DNA of 63,930 nt, counting the filler, from Bigelowiella natans CCMP2755 (taxonomy: Eukaryota; Protista; Cercozoa): NCBI GenBank assembly GCA_000320545.1. It is 7 parts of 7 records of this genome, joined end to end, with 100 filler letters (N's around TTAATTAATTAA, not from the genome) between each part and the next. Parts side by side here need not be neighbours in the genome. Positions count along the whole stretch, not along the records: positions 34,436 to 38,160 come from ADNK01003322.1; positions 38,261 to 48,062 come from ADNK01000938.1; positions 48,163 to 56,718 come from ADNK01002414.1; 4 more parts are not named here. One strand, given 5' to 3'. The notes under the pieces were generated by a model. That model did no database searches, had not been told where the DNA came from, and was given only the letters and a program-made list of their open reading frames with translations. Positions 36,645-50,539 of this stretch are shown here, one piece after another; positions within the stretch are counted from its first letter, which is position 1, and every line of letters starts with the position of its first letter. Both the position numbers and the translations under genes were made by a program.

Positions 36645-37287
36645 GGAAATGGATGCAAAACCGATATTATGGCTATTCCGACTATATAAAGCGGCAGAAA
36701 TATAGACGAAAGCGACACGATTAACAATTTTTACTCATTCGAAGAAATGGGCTTTGCAGGGATGAGCTTGTGAACAACTATTAAGGCGGCTACGAAAATA
36801 GGGGGGGGAGACGAGTTGTTTCTCGTATCTCTGGAACTGTTTGAATGCGCCGATTCTTTTTCTCCCAACAACATGCATGTTCTGTGTGTACATTGTAGCA
36901 ACGCATATGTGCTCATGAGTTCATGGACATGCTAGCATGTGTGCCGCAACAAAATGCTTCATTATTAAATGTGGCATGCACGCCTAAACGCAGGTGCATG
37001 GCTCTATCTAGCCATTATGCTAGTATGGAGCTTCGCTCACGGCATGCTACTTACCATGCTGGCCTGCTAGCCTGGCGTCGTAGTGCGAGGCCATGGTTGT
37101 GCTTCAATGCAGTACGTGACTAGATAAGACAACCTGCATGCGCGTGCACATGTTGCTGGCTTGCATCGCAACATACTGCTCATCATAGCGTTGCATCGTC
37201 ATAGTGACAACCGAATAATAACGAACTCGACATGCATGCTAGCATGCACTAGTGCAGCGCACAAACAACTAGCTAGCTAGACACTAT

Positions 37288-37325
<38 letters not shown>

Positions 37326-37502
37326 CTGACATACTGGGCTTGTCTGACATGATCATAGTGCATGCTGGTGCAAACGAAGTATCAGCGTATTAGCGAATAA
37401 CGTATGCATTATTGTTCTTATCTATGTGCAAAGTAACAATTATTTGGCGGAACGCGCACGTACACCGAAAAAGGTAGAACATGTCGCACATGATTATGCA
37501 CC

Positions 37503-38160
37503 TCATGACTTGAGGCCTATGTGGTAAGATCTTCCATTTGGGTTATGGATGGGGGACACCACTGGATTTACCAGGCACCATTCATACCAAACCTGAAGAT
37601 GGAGGGGGAGGGGGGGGGGGAAGGAGAGGGAGTCGATTTAGTCTGCATTGCTGTCTACTCTGTGCACTCAGAGACTATGCAACCATAACGATAACGCCGA
37701 GGAATGGATTTGACCTTCGTTTTATCTTCACAGCGCCACATCTTCAGCTCGATGTTATCATCTTTCTTAATGCGAACCTGGCAATAAATCACCGGCGGGT
37801 TACCTTACAAGAAGAGCGCAAAAAGCGAAGCGCAATGAACACAGCACACAATGCACAGCGCACGCAGCTTCGCCTGTGCCAACAGAGCGTATCAAACATC
37901 TCTCGTGTTCTTTGCTGAATCCGCGTTCTTCTACTCAAATATCCGCCTCATCGTCGTCATTACCGGGGTTCGGAGCGGAAAATAGATAGGAAACCTAATT
38001 ATAAATAAATAGATAAATGCGTGTGTGTGCGTGTGTGTAAGAGAAGACAGCTGTTCTTTCGGACTATTCGTGTGCTGCTGCTAGCAGCAGCTACATCACC
38101 AGCTAAACATATCCGTCGAGAACGTTTCCGGGCGAATACTGATCATGACATCCTGTTTTG
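37503..38160 (-). CDS. PRMT5: Protein arginine N-methyltransferase 5, last four exons (5' part in or beyond the gap)
   Basis: Exons 38100-38160, 37964-37994, 37715-37777 and 37503-37592 splice to [18 protein letters not shown]|[10 protein letters not shown]|[21 protein letters not shown]|[29 protein letters not shown], the conserved PRMT5 C-terminus. Confidence 0.92.
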
Positions 38161-38260
38161 NNNNNNNNNNNNNNNNNNNNNNNNNNNNNNNNNNNNNNNN
38201 NNNNTTAATTAATTAANNNNNNNNNNNNNNNNNNNNNNNNNNNNNNNNNNNNNNNNNNNN

Positions 38261-38586
38261 GAAGGATAAACAACGGCCCCCTCTTCCTCTTTTTCTGCAC
38301 GCAAATATACCCCTTGGCAAAAAGCAAGCTTTTTTCATTGAAATTGGGTATGGGGCAGGAAAACGGCCCATTTCAGCTGAATGCTCTCTTTAACCCCTGG
38401 GTAATATTAAGGAAGGAAACTCCCCGGCCCTTTATGTGCATGTTTAAGTGTTTTTTTTTTTTTATTTTTTTTCCTATATACACACGCGGGGGGGGGGGCG
38501 CGGTAGCGACGTGGTCTCTCAGGCTTGCATGCTCCTGCTGCAGCCGCGTCAAATGCCCAAGAATCTCTCACCAGGCGTTCCTATAA

Positions 38587-38636
<50 letters not shown>

Positions 38637-38863
38637 ATCTTAATTCTGTCCAATCGGCATTATTAGCATGCAGATAACAATGGTGGATCTCTCCCAATGC
38701 GACTGCTGCTGAATCATGTTAAATGCTGGCGAGGCTGCTATCGTCTGCTTCTTACGTATGTATTTGGTTGGGAAGAAGACAGTTCTTTGGCAGTTGAGGA
38801 GCTGCTGCTTCCTTGGGCCCCTCCGTTGGGATCGACGCTGCTGCTATTGCCTGATATGAAATG

Positions 38864-38903
<40 letters not shown>

Positions 38904-39552
38904 AATCACACACGCACACACACCCATATATATTATTCAAATATAACATTCAAATGGCTTGAGGGAAAGCTCACGTATGCACAGAATATGCGATTTGTTT
39001 CTCACCGCTGCTGACGTTCGCAGCTTGCTCTGTCCTATTCTTGAGCTGCGCCTCTAAGATGAGCATGAGCTCCTCAGGGTCCATCATCAGCACGTTGCCC
39101 TCCGGCGTTCTATAAACAGGTGGTAAGGAAGAAGGGGAGGGGGAGGGGGGGGCGGAGTGAGAGAAGTTTCATCGTCGTCTCTGCTATCGTCTCTCCCCAA
39201 TTTCGGCCTTATGCTGCTGCTGCGGCGGCTATTGTTCTTAGTGATGTTTCTAGGCTACTTGTGGAACTCATCATTGTGAGGTTCAACTCAAGAAGGCAGG
39301 TGGTGTGGCGAGTGTTTGTCGTTATCATCAAATTGCTAGCGAGTGGGCGCATGATCTCACGTTAGCGGTCTCTCACCTTACGGGAATCTTATTCATTGGT
39401 ATTGGTTGAGCTGATATTCGATAGTTTTTCCAGGGGGGAGGGAGGGAGAAAGGATGAGACGAGTTGGCGCTTGCGTAGTAGTTTGTCTCAAACTATCATC
39501 AACATATCTCCCCCCTCCCTTATACACAGACGAATAAAAGCAAACACAACGG

Positions 39553-39597
<45 letters not shown>

Positions 39598-39697
39598 CAT
39601 TGTTCCACCATGACAATTTCTGACCTTTCACATTTACTTCTGGTGCTTGCCAAGCCTCGGATGCTGCCTCGCCAGCTTTGGTAGCTGCATCGTCTAG

Positions 39698-39736
<39 letters not shown>

Positions 39737-40278
39737 TTATACAACAGTATATAGCACGAACAAAAGACCGCAACGCCACGATGCACAGACCTGTGCATTC
39801 AAAAATAGAAATGAAAGCGGGCAGTATGAGTGGCGATTACACAGGACACAGATAGATTGGCGGAGGGGTACGAGGGAAAACCTGCAGTAGAAGTAGCGCC
39901 CATAGGAGTAATCGGGGCATTGCCTCGATCAGTTTTATCGGTCGTACATCCATCCTCGCCGATTGTATTATTATTGCCATGCGTCGCGTCAGCCTGGCCC
40001 TTCCTTTCCGCAGTTGCCTCTCCCCCACCCCACCACCCTCCCATCCATTTGGACCCACGACGCATCCTCCTCCTCACGTGCGTACTAGCCGCGCGGACGA
40101 CGCCAACGTCGGCGCTATCAACTGGTGAGGAGGAGGCGGAGGGTAACCCTCGCCTTCTGCCCCTACCCAGTGCCCCCGGCTCGGCGCCATAACGGCTTTG
40201 TATGTGGAGAACGGTGAGGGATAGGCAGATTCCGAGGGTCCAGGGCCAGCGCAGTGCGCGGGGGGGCGGCCGTTGCAT
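38261..40278 (-). CDS. 5' part of a probable gene with a signal-peptide-like leader, unknown product
   Basis: MQRPPPRALRWPWTLGICLSLTVLHI... followed by an Arg/Ser-rich segment; exon-like RTPEGNVLMMDPEELMLILEAQLK and AIAAASIPTEGPKE. Relationship to PRMT5 across the gap is unknown. Confidence 0.35.
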
Positions 40279-40936
40279 CGTCGGATCTTGCCGAGGTGGG
40301 CTGTGTGTACTGACTGGTTCCTAAGAGGCACCGAACGCTTTTTCGTAAAATATACATCGAGAATATATCCTAAAAATTATTATTCTAACTTAGCTCTTTC
40401 TTCGTCTTCCTTGCCAAAATCGCTCACTCTGACGAAAAGAGGAGATGCTCGTACTGTCGGAAGAATATCGTAACATTTCTGGACCACTGCTGGCGGTAGC
40501 CTCGATAATTTGTCTAACACTTGTCATTCCGGGATTCCGAGACGAATGCAAGAATCTGCTGGGTTTTACAACAGATATAGTCCGGTCCCAAAATTTATCG
40601 TTTTCTTCATTCCTACAACAAAAACAACAATTATATTTTGAGAATGAACGGGAAAAGAGGCAATTCTTTACCATGTTCTAAATATGATCATCATATTTCT
40701 ACGAATTAGATCTACAGATTTAAATTCATATTAGTTGAATATCCGGAAAACATCTAAAAATATACACTACGATAGATCTATTGTGCTTGTACTGATATCC
40801 TAAATTTAGTCAGATTTATATTGTAAAAACATCCAAAATACTACCGTATCAAGCGAGAACAGTAAGAACAACTGACGTTACGCCTTTCATAATTCCTGTT
40901 TCATTTCCCGAGATTTCGGTTACTACCTTCAGCAAA

Positions 40937-41468
40937 ATGGCTGACCTCCCCCCGGACGTCGCCAAGCGATTCGTGCTTTTGTCATATGGGGCGGAAGCTG
41001 CCAAGGTAGGGACTCAGTGACGAGAAGATGAAGAATTACTTGTGGGAGAAGATTCTTTGTCGGTTGTTGTCTGCTCAAGGGTTCCCTGAACCGCATGTGG
41101 CTGACGATGTTGTTTTCGTACGTGTTCGTGCGTGTGAAGGGGGGACAGGATACGGTTAAGCTGCTTAATGAGTCCCAAGGAATTGCTGGATCCAGCCTCA
41201 TAAATGAACCAATACGAATTTCTAGGTTTGAGTTGCTCATAACTTTTGATTTCCTGTCCCCATCCCCCCCTCCTAATTTTGAATTTTTCACTTTTGCAGG
41301 CGACAGGAATGCATGCTGCACATCGCATCCTCACGAGGGCACTCGATGATTGTAGATTGGCTCTTACAAAATAATGTTCGTAGAACCATAGAATGTTACG
41401 CGTGTTGCTGCCATTTTGGGGGGATGCTTCTTTACAAAGCGTTGTGAATAGTATCACCTAGACACTAC

Positions 41469-41515
<47 letters not shown>

Positions 41516-41823
41516 ATACAATATTTAGGCGGATCCAAACGTCCAGGATGTTATGGGAATGACAAGTCTTCATCTTTGCTGCGAGCAATCGACGTAAGTG
41601 AAAATGAACTGCGACACAATGGATTACAATGGATTTGTACATAATTAAGAAAATAAGCATTTCTCAATTCTCAAACGTTCGCCGTTTCTTTAAGCAGCCT
41701 CATATAAATATGTAATTTGTGATATTTCTCAAGATTCAACCAAGAGATTGTGGGGAAATTACTCGACGCGAAAGCGAGCGTTGACCTGGTCAGTCTGGAA
41801 ACAAAAATACACACACACGCAAT

Positions 41824-41865
<42 letters not shown>

Positions 41866-41881
41866 TCGTTTACGTGTGTGC

Positions 41882-41921
<40 letters not shown>

Positions 41922-44900
41922 TGCGGGCTTGCTAGTGTGTATAGGCTATTTAAAACATCTACAAAGCTTGCCTGAATATCGACATATTTGCAGAGATCCA
42001 GATTTGGGGAATCCGCGTTGGAGATGGCAATGCGCGTTAAGAATGCTGACCTTGAGAAAGTATTCAAGACAGCACAAGCGCAGCAGGGCGGCGATAAGAA
42101 AGACGACACGGGAAAGCGCGATCCCAATAAGGTCTATCGACGTGATTGTAAGCAGAAGTCAACCTTATCTGAATCCGCCCTTTCTTCACCAATCTAAACG
42201 TAGATCGATGCAGCGCTCCGAAGTGTGGCAAAGGCTGAGAAGAGAATAATCCAAAGCTTTAAGCTGCTCCAGGACAACGAGAAAAGGGTGGGGGGGGACT
42301 AAACCAGCCGCGCAACATACATAAATATACCCGCAATGCGTATGTACTTCCAAGATACACCTATACACGGGTGAAAAGGGCAAATTTGTAGGCAGCTCAC
42401 GGAGCAGCATCCACTTGTTGATAACTTACCTTTTGGCTATGTACTGCCAAGTGCACAAACCTTTTTTTGAAAATCGTCATTCGTATTATGCCCGTCGTTC
42501 ACAGGACTTTGCGGAGGACCTTTTGTGCAAGTACCTGGGGAAATGCAAGAAGCTTGTGAGAGCGGTGAGGGCCAAACACATCTACCTTTTTTGGGTTGAT
42601 CTTGGCTGCTGCTGTACACTCTGAGAAACTGCGCGTATGAGTCTGGTGGTGTTTGGTTGTCAAGGAGGAAGAAAGAATCCTTCGTGGCTCGATTTCTCAT
42701 TCATAACTGATCATCATCATCATCATCATCATTATCACCATCATCGCTGCTTCAGCTCCCTGACGGCCATGTACCACAAATCTTAGGGAGTCTTTAGCAT
42801 CCACTCCTCATCATCAGGGGCATCGTACGTGCTCTCAGCGTCAATGGTGTGTGCGGATAAGGTACAGATGTCTCTTCGTCGTCGTCTTCTTCTTCTTCTT
42901 CTTCTTCTTCTTCTTTGTTTTTCTTCGTTTTCCATCTCGTCCCTTCATCACCATATCCCCCCGTTTTTCGAGTATGATCCCCCCATTGCCTGATAAGCCT
43001 TTGGTGTGTTTGAAGGTCGTGCGGTCGCTCTTGGAGCTGAAGGCCAATCCAAACACGGTCGGCATCAACGGGAAGGCGCCATTGCACCACGCGTGTCAGC
43101 AGTTCCAGAAGGGAAACAAGCACGCACCGCAGACTATAGCGAATCTTCTCGAGTTCAAAGCCGACATGTACGTACGCGTGTCTTTGTGAGAACAGAGCTT
43201 TGCGCAACTCCAATGCAGTGGAGGCTTTTGGGGGAGATTAAGGGAGGGAGGGAGGGATAAATCATGCGTACTATTGCCCGCCTACGTGGCTGCTGTGCTC
43301 CGATCCCGACAACAACCTTAACGTGGCGATAAGTACCACAAAAAACAAAATCGGTTGATGATTTCCTCCCCCCTCCCGTCCCCCCTTCCTCGTGCAGAGG
43401 TTTAGAGGAATTCCGAAGTGGCAAATCACCTCTGCGTTACGTGGACGAAGAGGTTTCTTAGCTTCGCGTATTCGAGACTTACATGATATTTTAAATTTGT
43501 AGATGATAGCGTCTAAAAGTATATTATCAAGATGTTTCCCCCCCCTCCTCCCCTCTCTCTCTATAGAAACAAAAGTGGATTCTAAATGCTGTGAGCGGGC
43601 AGCTCACACCTTTTCAATTCGCCGAAGAGAAGAAGGCCGAGGCCAGCGGTATTTTGTTAGCGCAGTTCCCTGATGCATTTTGGCGATGTTTGATTCACTA
43701 ACAAATGGCCGGACAAGTGATAACGACTAGCGAGCAGACACCCAGCAACACCATTCGGAAACAACATTCAAGCTGATAGATTATCCATGTCAGCTGCCGC
43801 GCCATTTTGCGAAACTGCTTCGAGAGAATGCCAAATGCTTTGTTTCACTACGTGCATCGTTGTACCCAGGCAGCGACACGAAGACGGATGATGCGAAGGC
43901 GAAGGCGGCACCGGTGCCGCAGGGCGACGCCGATAAAGGAGATGTAGCAGCAGCGGCCCCCGAAGCTAACAAGGACAGCGACATTAAGAAAGAGGATGAA
44001 AGCGTAGAAAAAGAACCTAGGTCGGTACGTTTTGCAGAGATCCCAGCCGCCTCGAAGGAAAGATTCGGGTCCTCGCGTCGAGATGAACAACAGCAACAAG
44101 AGGACGATGAACCGCCGAAAATCGGGAAGCTCTCTGGCGTCACAATAGCGCAGACGAGTGCAGAGGAACTTCGTCACCAGAGGCTGCTCAACCAGGAACG
44201 CAAAGGAAACGATGGGGCCGCCGATTCGAAAGAGGGGGGAGGGGCCGAAGCAGAGAACGAACGCACCTCGCAGAAGATCCGAGAAATCCTATCTCAGGTC
44301 CTTGTACATATGGCTCTTTCTTAAATTTGTCTGCATTCATATTATATCACACTAAATTCTTCATTGCGAGCACAGCATGGGCATTTCTGAGAGCCGTGCG
44401 CCAAACAGGTCATCATCGGTACGGAGGAGGAAACCGAGGAGCGGCAGCTTAATCGAATCCGAAAGCAAGAGCGCCAGCAGCAGATACTTGGCCAACAACT
44501 CAACTACTTCGTCGAGACCTCTCCCACGGGCAATGTGAGGTTGCCGCTGGAGCTGAAGGAAGGCTCCGAAGACGAGAAGGCGGCGGCGGCGGCGGCGGCG
44601 GCGGCTGCCATATCAGTAGAGGATATGCAGGAGTACTTTCTCATTATTCGGGGCTCGCACGTCACTCGGAAAGATGTTGAACAGGCGATGCTTTTCGTTC
44701 AGGTGCTGCTTCTATTTGCTCCTGTAGCTGCTGCTGCTGCTGGCCGCTGCCTCTGCCGCTGATTCATCAATTTTCTTTCAATTGCCGGCTGCGGAGAGAG
44801 GGGGGGGGGCGTTTCATTTATTCAACTGTATGATCCTATGGATGGGTGGGGGGGCGCTGGCATGCTCAGTAATCGAGTCGTTCAGTAGAAGAATGGGCTA

Positions 44901-45580
44901 GTGGCGGAACAAGGGAAATGACCATTTTGTGGGTGGCGCTTGCTGCTTTGTTTTTTGATGTTCGCGTGAGCAGAAGGACAGCTTCAATGCGGAGCACCCA
45001 TCCATTAGTAAGAACGAGTTCTTGCCAGTTCTTCAGGTATGAGCTGTAGTGCCAGCCGGGGGAAGAATTCAAATTGATCGCATAGAGGGGGTGGGGGCGG
45101 GGAAGGTGTGCAATGCAGGGGCTAGAACTAAGGCGAAATGCCAACTCTCTGAGTTGTGATTGCCTCGTCATTGCTTACATGCTACTTTTATCAAGGCCTT
45201 GGAGGTGATTTCCAGTCGCAAGAAAACGATTCATTGGGAGTCAAGGTGCATCCGCCATTTTTCACATCGCCTTCCTCTCGACCTCCTACCCCCCCCCCCC
45301 CTCGCATTGAGAGATGAGATGAAAAGCATCACAATATGATTATAGCTGCCCTTGGGTTGGCATAGTGTGAGGATATAAATAAATCTTACTTTTTGTGAAG
45401 TTCTCACTCTTCTCTCCCTCCCCCCCCCCCCCCCTCCCCGTCTCAGACTGCTGGATTCTTCTGGAAGTGGTTGGCTTTCGAAGGCGTCGGCTGGTACACT
45501 GTGGGATAAGCACGCCCGCAAGCAAAGCTTGCGCGTAGATTTCTCCACGTTCATGGTCAGTCGGTGGTTGATGGATGTGG

Positions 45581-45632
<52 letters not shown>

Positions 45633-45838
45633 CCAACTTGACTTCTGGTAATGTGTTTGTGTGTGCGTGTTTGTGCGTGTGTGTTTGTTGTCCATCACAT
45701 CTCCGTTGAATCCCTTGCTTGTAATGACGTGTAGGATAAGCGTAAAGACGTGGACGACAAGCTGGTATTAACGATCCGAAAACAAACAATGAGCTCTGAT
45801 TGTACTTCTTTCTTCTGAACATATTTTAGAATATATAA

Positions 45839-45878
<40 letters not shown>

Positions 45879-46023
45879 GGAACTATGATACATTCTTATT
45901 CGGCTGGCATGCCATGTGTTTGAATAGGGATCCTTCGTAAATCCCCTCCGGTCCATGAACGTGCACAGGAATGAAATCTTATCGCTCGTGTACTCGAAGC
46001 CAGACGCGTCGAGGCACTATTAA
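40937..46023 (+). CDS. Ankyrin-repeat protein with C-terminal EF-hand-like region, multi-exon
   Basis: Exons ADPNVQDVMGMTSLHLCCEQS, IVGKLLDAKASVDL|RSRFGESALEMA, VVRSLLELKANPNTVGINGKAPLHHAC, SGKSPL and QLTPFQFA; EF-like loop DSSGSGWLSKAS. Both ends are tentative. Confidence 0.75.
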
Positions 46024-46299
46024 GACATCCCGATGTTTTCGCTTATTACAGTTTCACGCTTTCTGTACATCGACGGGCATTCATTTGCCACACACCGAAA
46101 TTCATGCCGCAATGAAGCGTGCGGTCATTGCATGCATGTAGATTCGCTCGAGAATTGGAAGGGCTATGCGGTGCCGGCTAAGAATGTTGCTATAATAGGC
46201 TGCAATTACAATAGTGCGACTTATAGACTGCAGTCAAGTGATACGATGCCATAGCGACATAGCGACAGCCGATGCTATATGTATTAAAAACATTCTGCA

Positions 46300-46345
<46 letters not shown>

Positions 46346-47053
46346 AGTGTGTGTGTGTGTGTGTGTGTGTAGCTAGTTATTTGGTCGTCATCCTGAGTTC
46401 ATATATAGCTCCAGCACTACCAGAAAGCAACAGTATAAAAGTTTTCGAACTTATGTATCATAATAGACATATTTCTTTTTCGTTTTCTCTCATCTCTAGC
46501 CGCTGAATCGAACTTAGAGTATCGTGAATCATTACTCATTAGCGTAGTCTCTGCACATATGGCTCCTGCTGCTTATTGATACTAGTTATGTATAATGTTA
46601 AGTGTGCTAGCTATCGTTACACGACAAGGCACAGATGCTCCTAAATGCATGAAACACATATTAGTCAAGACAAATAGGTACAATATAAGTGCTGTAGCCG
46701 CTGCCTTGCATAGGTATATTAGGATGACTATTGAAAAGATTGAATCACTTCATTGCATCCATCTCATCATTACACCGTGCTTATTTGTGTTGTTGCATGA
46801 CATCGCGCGGCCTATGCGGGACGATGTTTATAAAAGCGCACGTTTTGCTATTTACTATTGCTCAACAATCGTTCTTGATAATCAAACGTTGGTTCAGCGG
46901 TTGCTCATCATGCCATTATTATTCCCAGCTAGTACCGAGACTTGTCATCGTTCTGTAAGCGCGGAAACTACTTATTCACATCGTCGCGAATATATTTACA
47001 CGAAGAAATCGCCTCTCAGATTCGCGCGATCATAATCGACTCATCGCTCTCTC

Positions 47054-48062
47054 TTAGGGATTTTGTGGAGGAATTTGATGAAGCATACGCGGATCCAACG
47101 CCGAGTTCAGGCTATATACCGAAGGGTCCTTCGTGCCTCTGATCGCATCTTGCGCACATCTCGCAACCTCCAAAAGCACATCCTTCATCGAATCGGTTAG
47201 GTTTGCTCTGCAGGAAGATAAACGAGGGGGTGGCAAAGCGGGGCAGTTGAATATATATATATATATATATATATATTTATTTATTTATATATTTGTGAGA
47301 GCGAATGGGATATAATGATATTAATAACAATAACGATGATATTAAGCAACCGTTCATTACCCTGAGCTCTCCATTTTATAGCGAAGGCGCTTAAACTCAT
47401 ACTCCTGCCTCTCCGTGATGTCTAACGAAAATAAGAATAAGAGGAATACGAAAAAGAAGAAGAAGAGGTAGCCTTATGGATTCAGACGGTGTTGGTCAAG
47501 AGACTTCCAAAGATCATGCATTGCAATTGTTTTGGGAAACAACAACAACAACAACAACAACACCAAGGCGCTGCCTCTTTCTCACTATATCTGCCACTGA
47601 GAGCGTCGCTAACAGTGTGCCTCGCATCCTTGTACATGCCGAGCCAATATTGATTCTGAGAAACTCCGTACATCGCCTAAGGGTTTGGGAGGGGGTAAAT
47701 GAGGAGTTAGACCCCTTTGGACGATAGCGTATTCATGCCAACGATGACGACTGCTGCTCCGGCAAATCAATACTGTTTTTATTCTCCACGCGCGCCCAAA
47801 CATCTGATGCCGTGCACGAACCTTCGCTAACTCCGCCACCCCCGGAGATTCGAGTTTCGTGGCGGTGATCGATTTAGAGGCGTCCTCGCCATGAGCACCG
47901 TCACTCGTGGCCGCTGCGTTGTGAGCTGCTGTCTGGTCTTTCTCCTTCACACCCCGCACGCAGGGTTCATCCCCCCCTCCTCTTGTTTTGGCTCTTCTTG
48001 TCGTCTGCTTCCTCTGTCATACGGCACGGGTAAAACTGAGTGGTTCTCTACCCAATGGACAG
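47054..48062 (-). CDS. 3' part of a probable gene (helical/TPR-like), truncated by gap
   Basis: Exon-like AMYGVSQNQYWLGMYKDARHTVSDALSGRY and a terminal exon ...LHQIPPQNP* bounded by AG/GT. Confidence 0.35.
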
Positions 48063-48247
48063 NNNNNNNNNNNNNNNNNNNNNNNNNNNNNNNNNNNNNN
48101 NNNNNNTTAATTAATTAANNNNNNNNNNNNNNNNNNNNNNNNNNNNNNNNNNNNNNNNNNNNTCTCTCTCTTTCTCTCTCTCTATCCATGTTTTCTCTAT
48201 ATATAAATTTAAGGTACACGTGTATGTATTTATTTATTTAGCACTTC

Positions 48248-48288
<41 letters not shown>

Positions 48289-48328
48289 TATTTATACACT
48301 TAAATAGCAGAATGTGATTATCCTGCAG

Positions 48329-48463
48329 GTTTCAAGGCGACATGCAGTTTGGATTAGTAGCCAAATCAGATGGTAAGCAGATGCATACACCCGTACTACG
48401 CTCTCCATGCTAACTTCGAGCTCACACGCGATCCCCTCCCTCTCTCCATCTCTCATCATTCCG

Positions 48464-48520
<57 letters not shown>

Positions 48521-49048
48521 TCTCTCACACACACACGCATACGCGTACACACTTCCTCCGTCCGGGGTGTGTAATATACACGTCCGCGCGACCTTGCGTC
48601 CTTCTCTTGGCGTGTGCTTCATATACATCATAAACTGCGATTTAACAATGATCACAGGAGAGTGGGCTTCTTCTGCCTTTGCACAGGTATTTCCGACACC
48701 TCAATTGACGTTTCTGCTTACCATACACTGCCGTTTCCCTGACTTTCTTTCCATTGAAGATAAAGTAGATATAGGCAGGATGTGTTTGCCTTCTTTCTCT
48801 TTCCTCCTCCATCCTCTACCTTCCCCATTCTCTCTGTGTCGAGGCGAGAGGGAGGGAGACTTCGCGTGTAGGAATCTGCGTGTTCTCCAATCTCTTTCTG
48901 CTGCAGTGCATCTAAGCCGTATAACAAAGAATTGATGTGTTGGGGTGCTTTCCTCCATCCACCGTTTGCCAGGCGAAGAAGGTCCCAGCGATCCTGCTGA
49001 AGACCGAGAAGGAAGAGGTTGAGCTCTATTCTGGTATGTGCACGCACG

Positions 49049-49097
<49 letters not shown>

Positions 49098-50539
49098 TAC
49101 CTCTCTCTACCTCTTATTCCCTCTCTGTCTATCGTTCACTTTCGATATGAACCCGCCCAATCTGCATAGATCCGTCGGCTACTCCCTTACTCTCCTCCTC
49201 GTCCTCCTCCTCCTCCCCCCCCTCCTTCTACCCACACACACATCGTCGTCGTAGGCGAACTCAATATGCCTGCTATTTCTGCGTGGCTTGTGGAGAAAAC
49301 TGGCATCGAGATGGCGTCTCCCGAGGCCGCCGCGCGGAAGGCCAAAGCGGTGGATTTCAGTATATATATATTTGCACGCTCATGCTCACGTGTATATGGG
49401 GAAAACAGAGATGTAGCCGTGATTTCCGCGCCCGCAAAACACGACGCACAAATACACACAATAGTCATTCAAACGCGCGCGCTCCAGGGCAATGTAGAAG
49501 TGAAAACAACCGGCATTCTTTCTTCCTTGTAGGCGAATGAGAAGCGACAGAAACAGCGCGCGGAGGAGATGAAAGCTCGGCAGACGGTGCATCGTTTCAA
49601 GAACAACGACGAATTCGAAGCCATCTGCGCCAAAGGGTGTCTTTAAGCATGCACGTTGAGCTTGCATGCATGAATCAATGCCGTTTCAGATGGAGACTCA
49701 TGCCTCCGATTGCTACCTTTTTTTTCATATCATTTTTGTTCCTTTTTGAATTGCCGAGAGGGCCGCCTTTTTAGTCGCGTGTTCTCGATGATAAGATATG
49801 CGGACACGCTAGAAAGATTTAAGCCGGAAGAGTACCATAGCTGATGGTACCTGCCGACGCTGGGAAACCGACTGCCTCCCCTCCAGCCCCCCCCCCTACA
49901 ACCGACCACAATAACATCTTCCTTTTTAGATCCGTCGTCTGTGCGGTGACCTTCGCTTCTCCGGGTGCATCTGAGGGGGAGGCTTCGAAAACTGCTGAGC
50001 TGATGCAAACCGTAGCAAACCGATACGCGAAGAAAGCCTCGTCGCCCTTTCGATTCGGCTACTTGGACGGGACTGATGGAAACAAGGCGATTTCCGCGTT
50101 CAGATCGGCGTTTGAGGTGTCTGACGACCTAACAACCGCCCTCGTCGCGCTTGTGCCGAAGAGGAATAAGTTCAAGGTGTGTTTGAATCGTAGACACCGA
50201 ATGCGTGTAATTTGCTTTTTCGGAGAATTTTTTTCCAATCGTGTTTCTTTCTTTCTCGCGCCTGCTCTTATGGGCGTATGTTGGTCTCTCTCTCTCTCTC
50301 TCTCTATCTCTATCTCTATCTCTGTCTCTTTCTCTCTCTCTCCCTCTCTTGTACCCAATCTTCTTCTTCCCACTGCGTTTTGTATGCAGACGATGATGGG
50401 GGTCTTCGACGAGGAGCATGTGGTCGAATTCCTGGACAATCTTGTGCGCGGTAAGATTCGCACGGCGACAATGAAACCATTCCCTACATTAGGAGATACC
50501 GCAGCAATTGCGCAAGGCCAAGGAAAAGACGAGTTGTGA
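48329..50539 (+). CDS. ER-resident PDI/thioredoxin-fold protein, 3' part, ending in KDEL
   Basis: Spliced FQGDMQFGLVAKSD|..|AKKVPAILLKT..ELYS|GELNMPAISAWL..|FEAICAK|..PFRFGYLDG...ALVALVPKRNKFK|TMMGVFDEEHVVEFLDNLVRGK...GKDEL*. Resembles PDIA6-type non-catalytic C-terminal domains. Confidence 0.8.
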
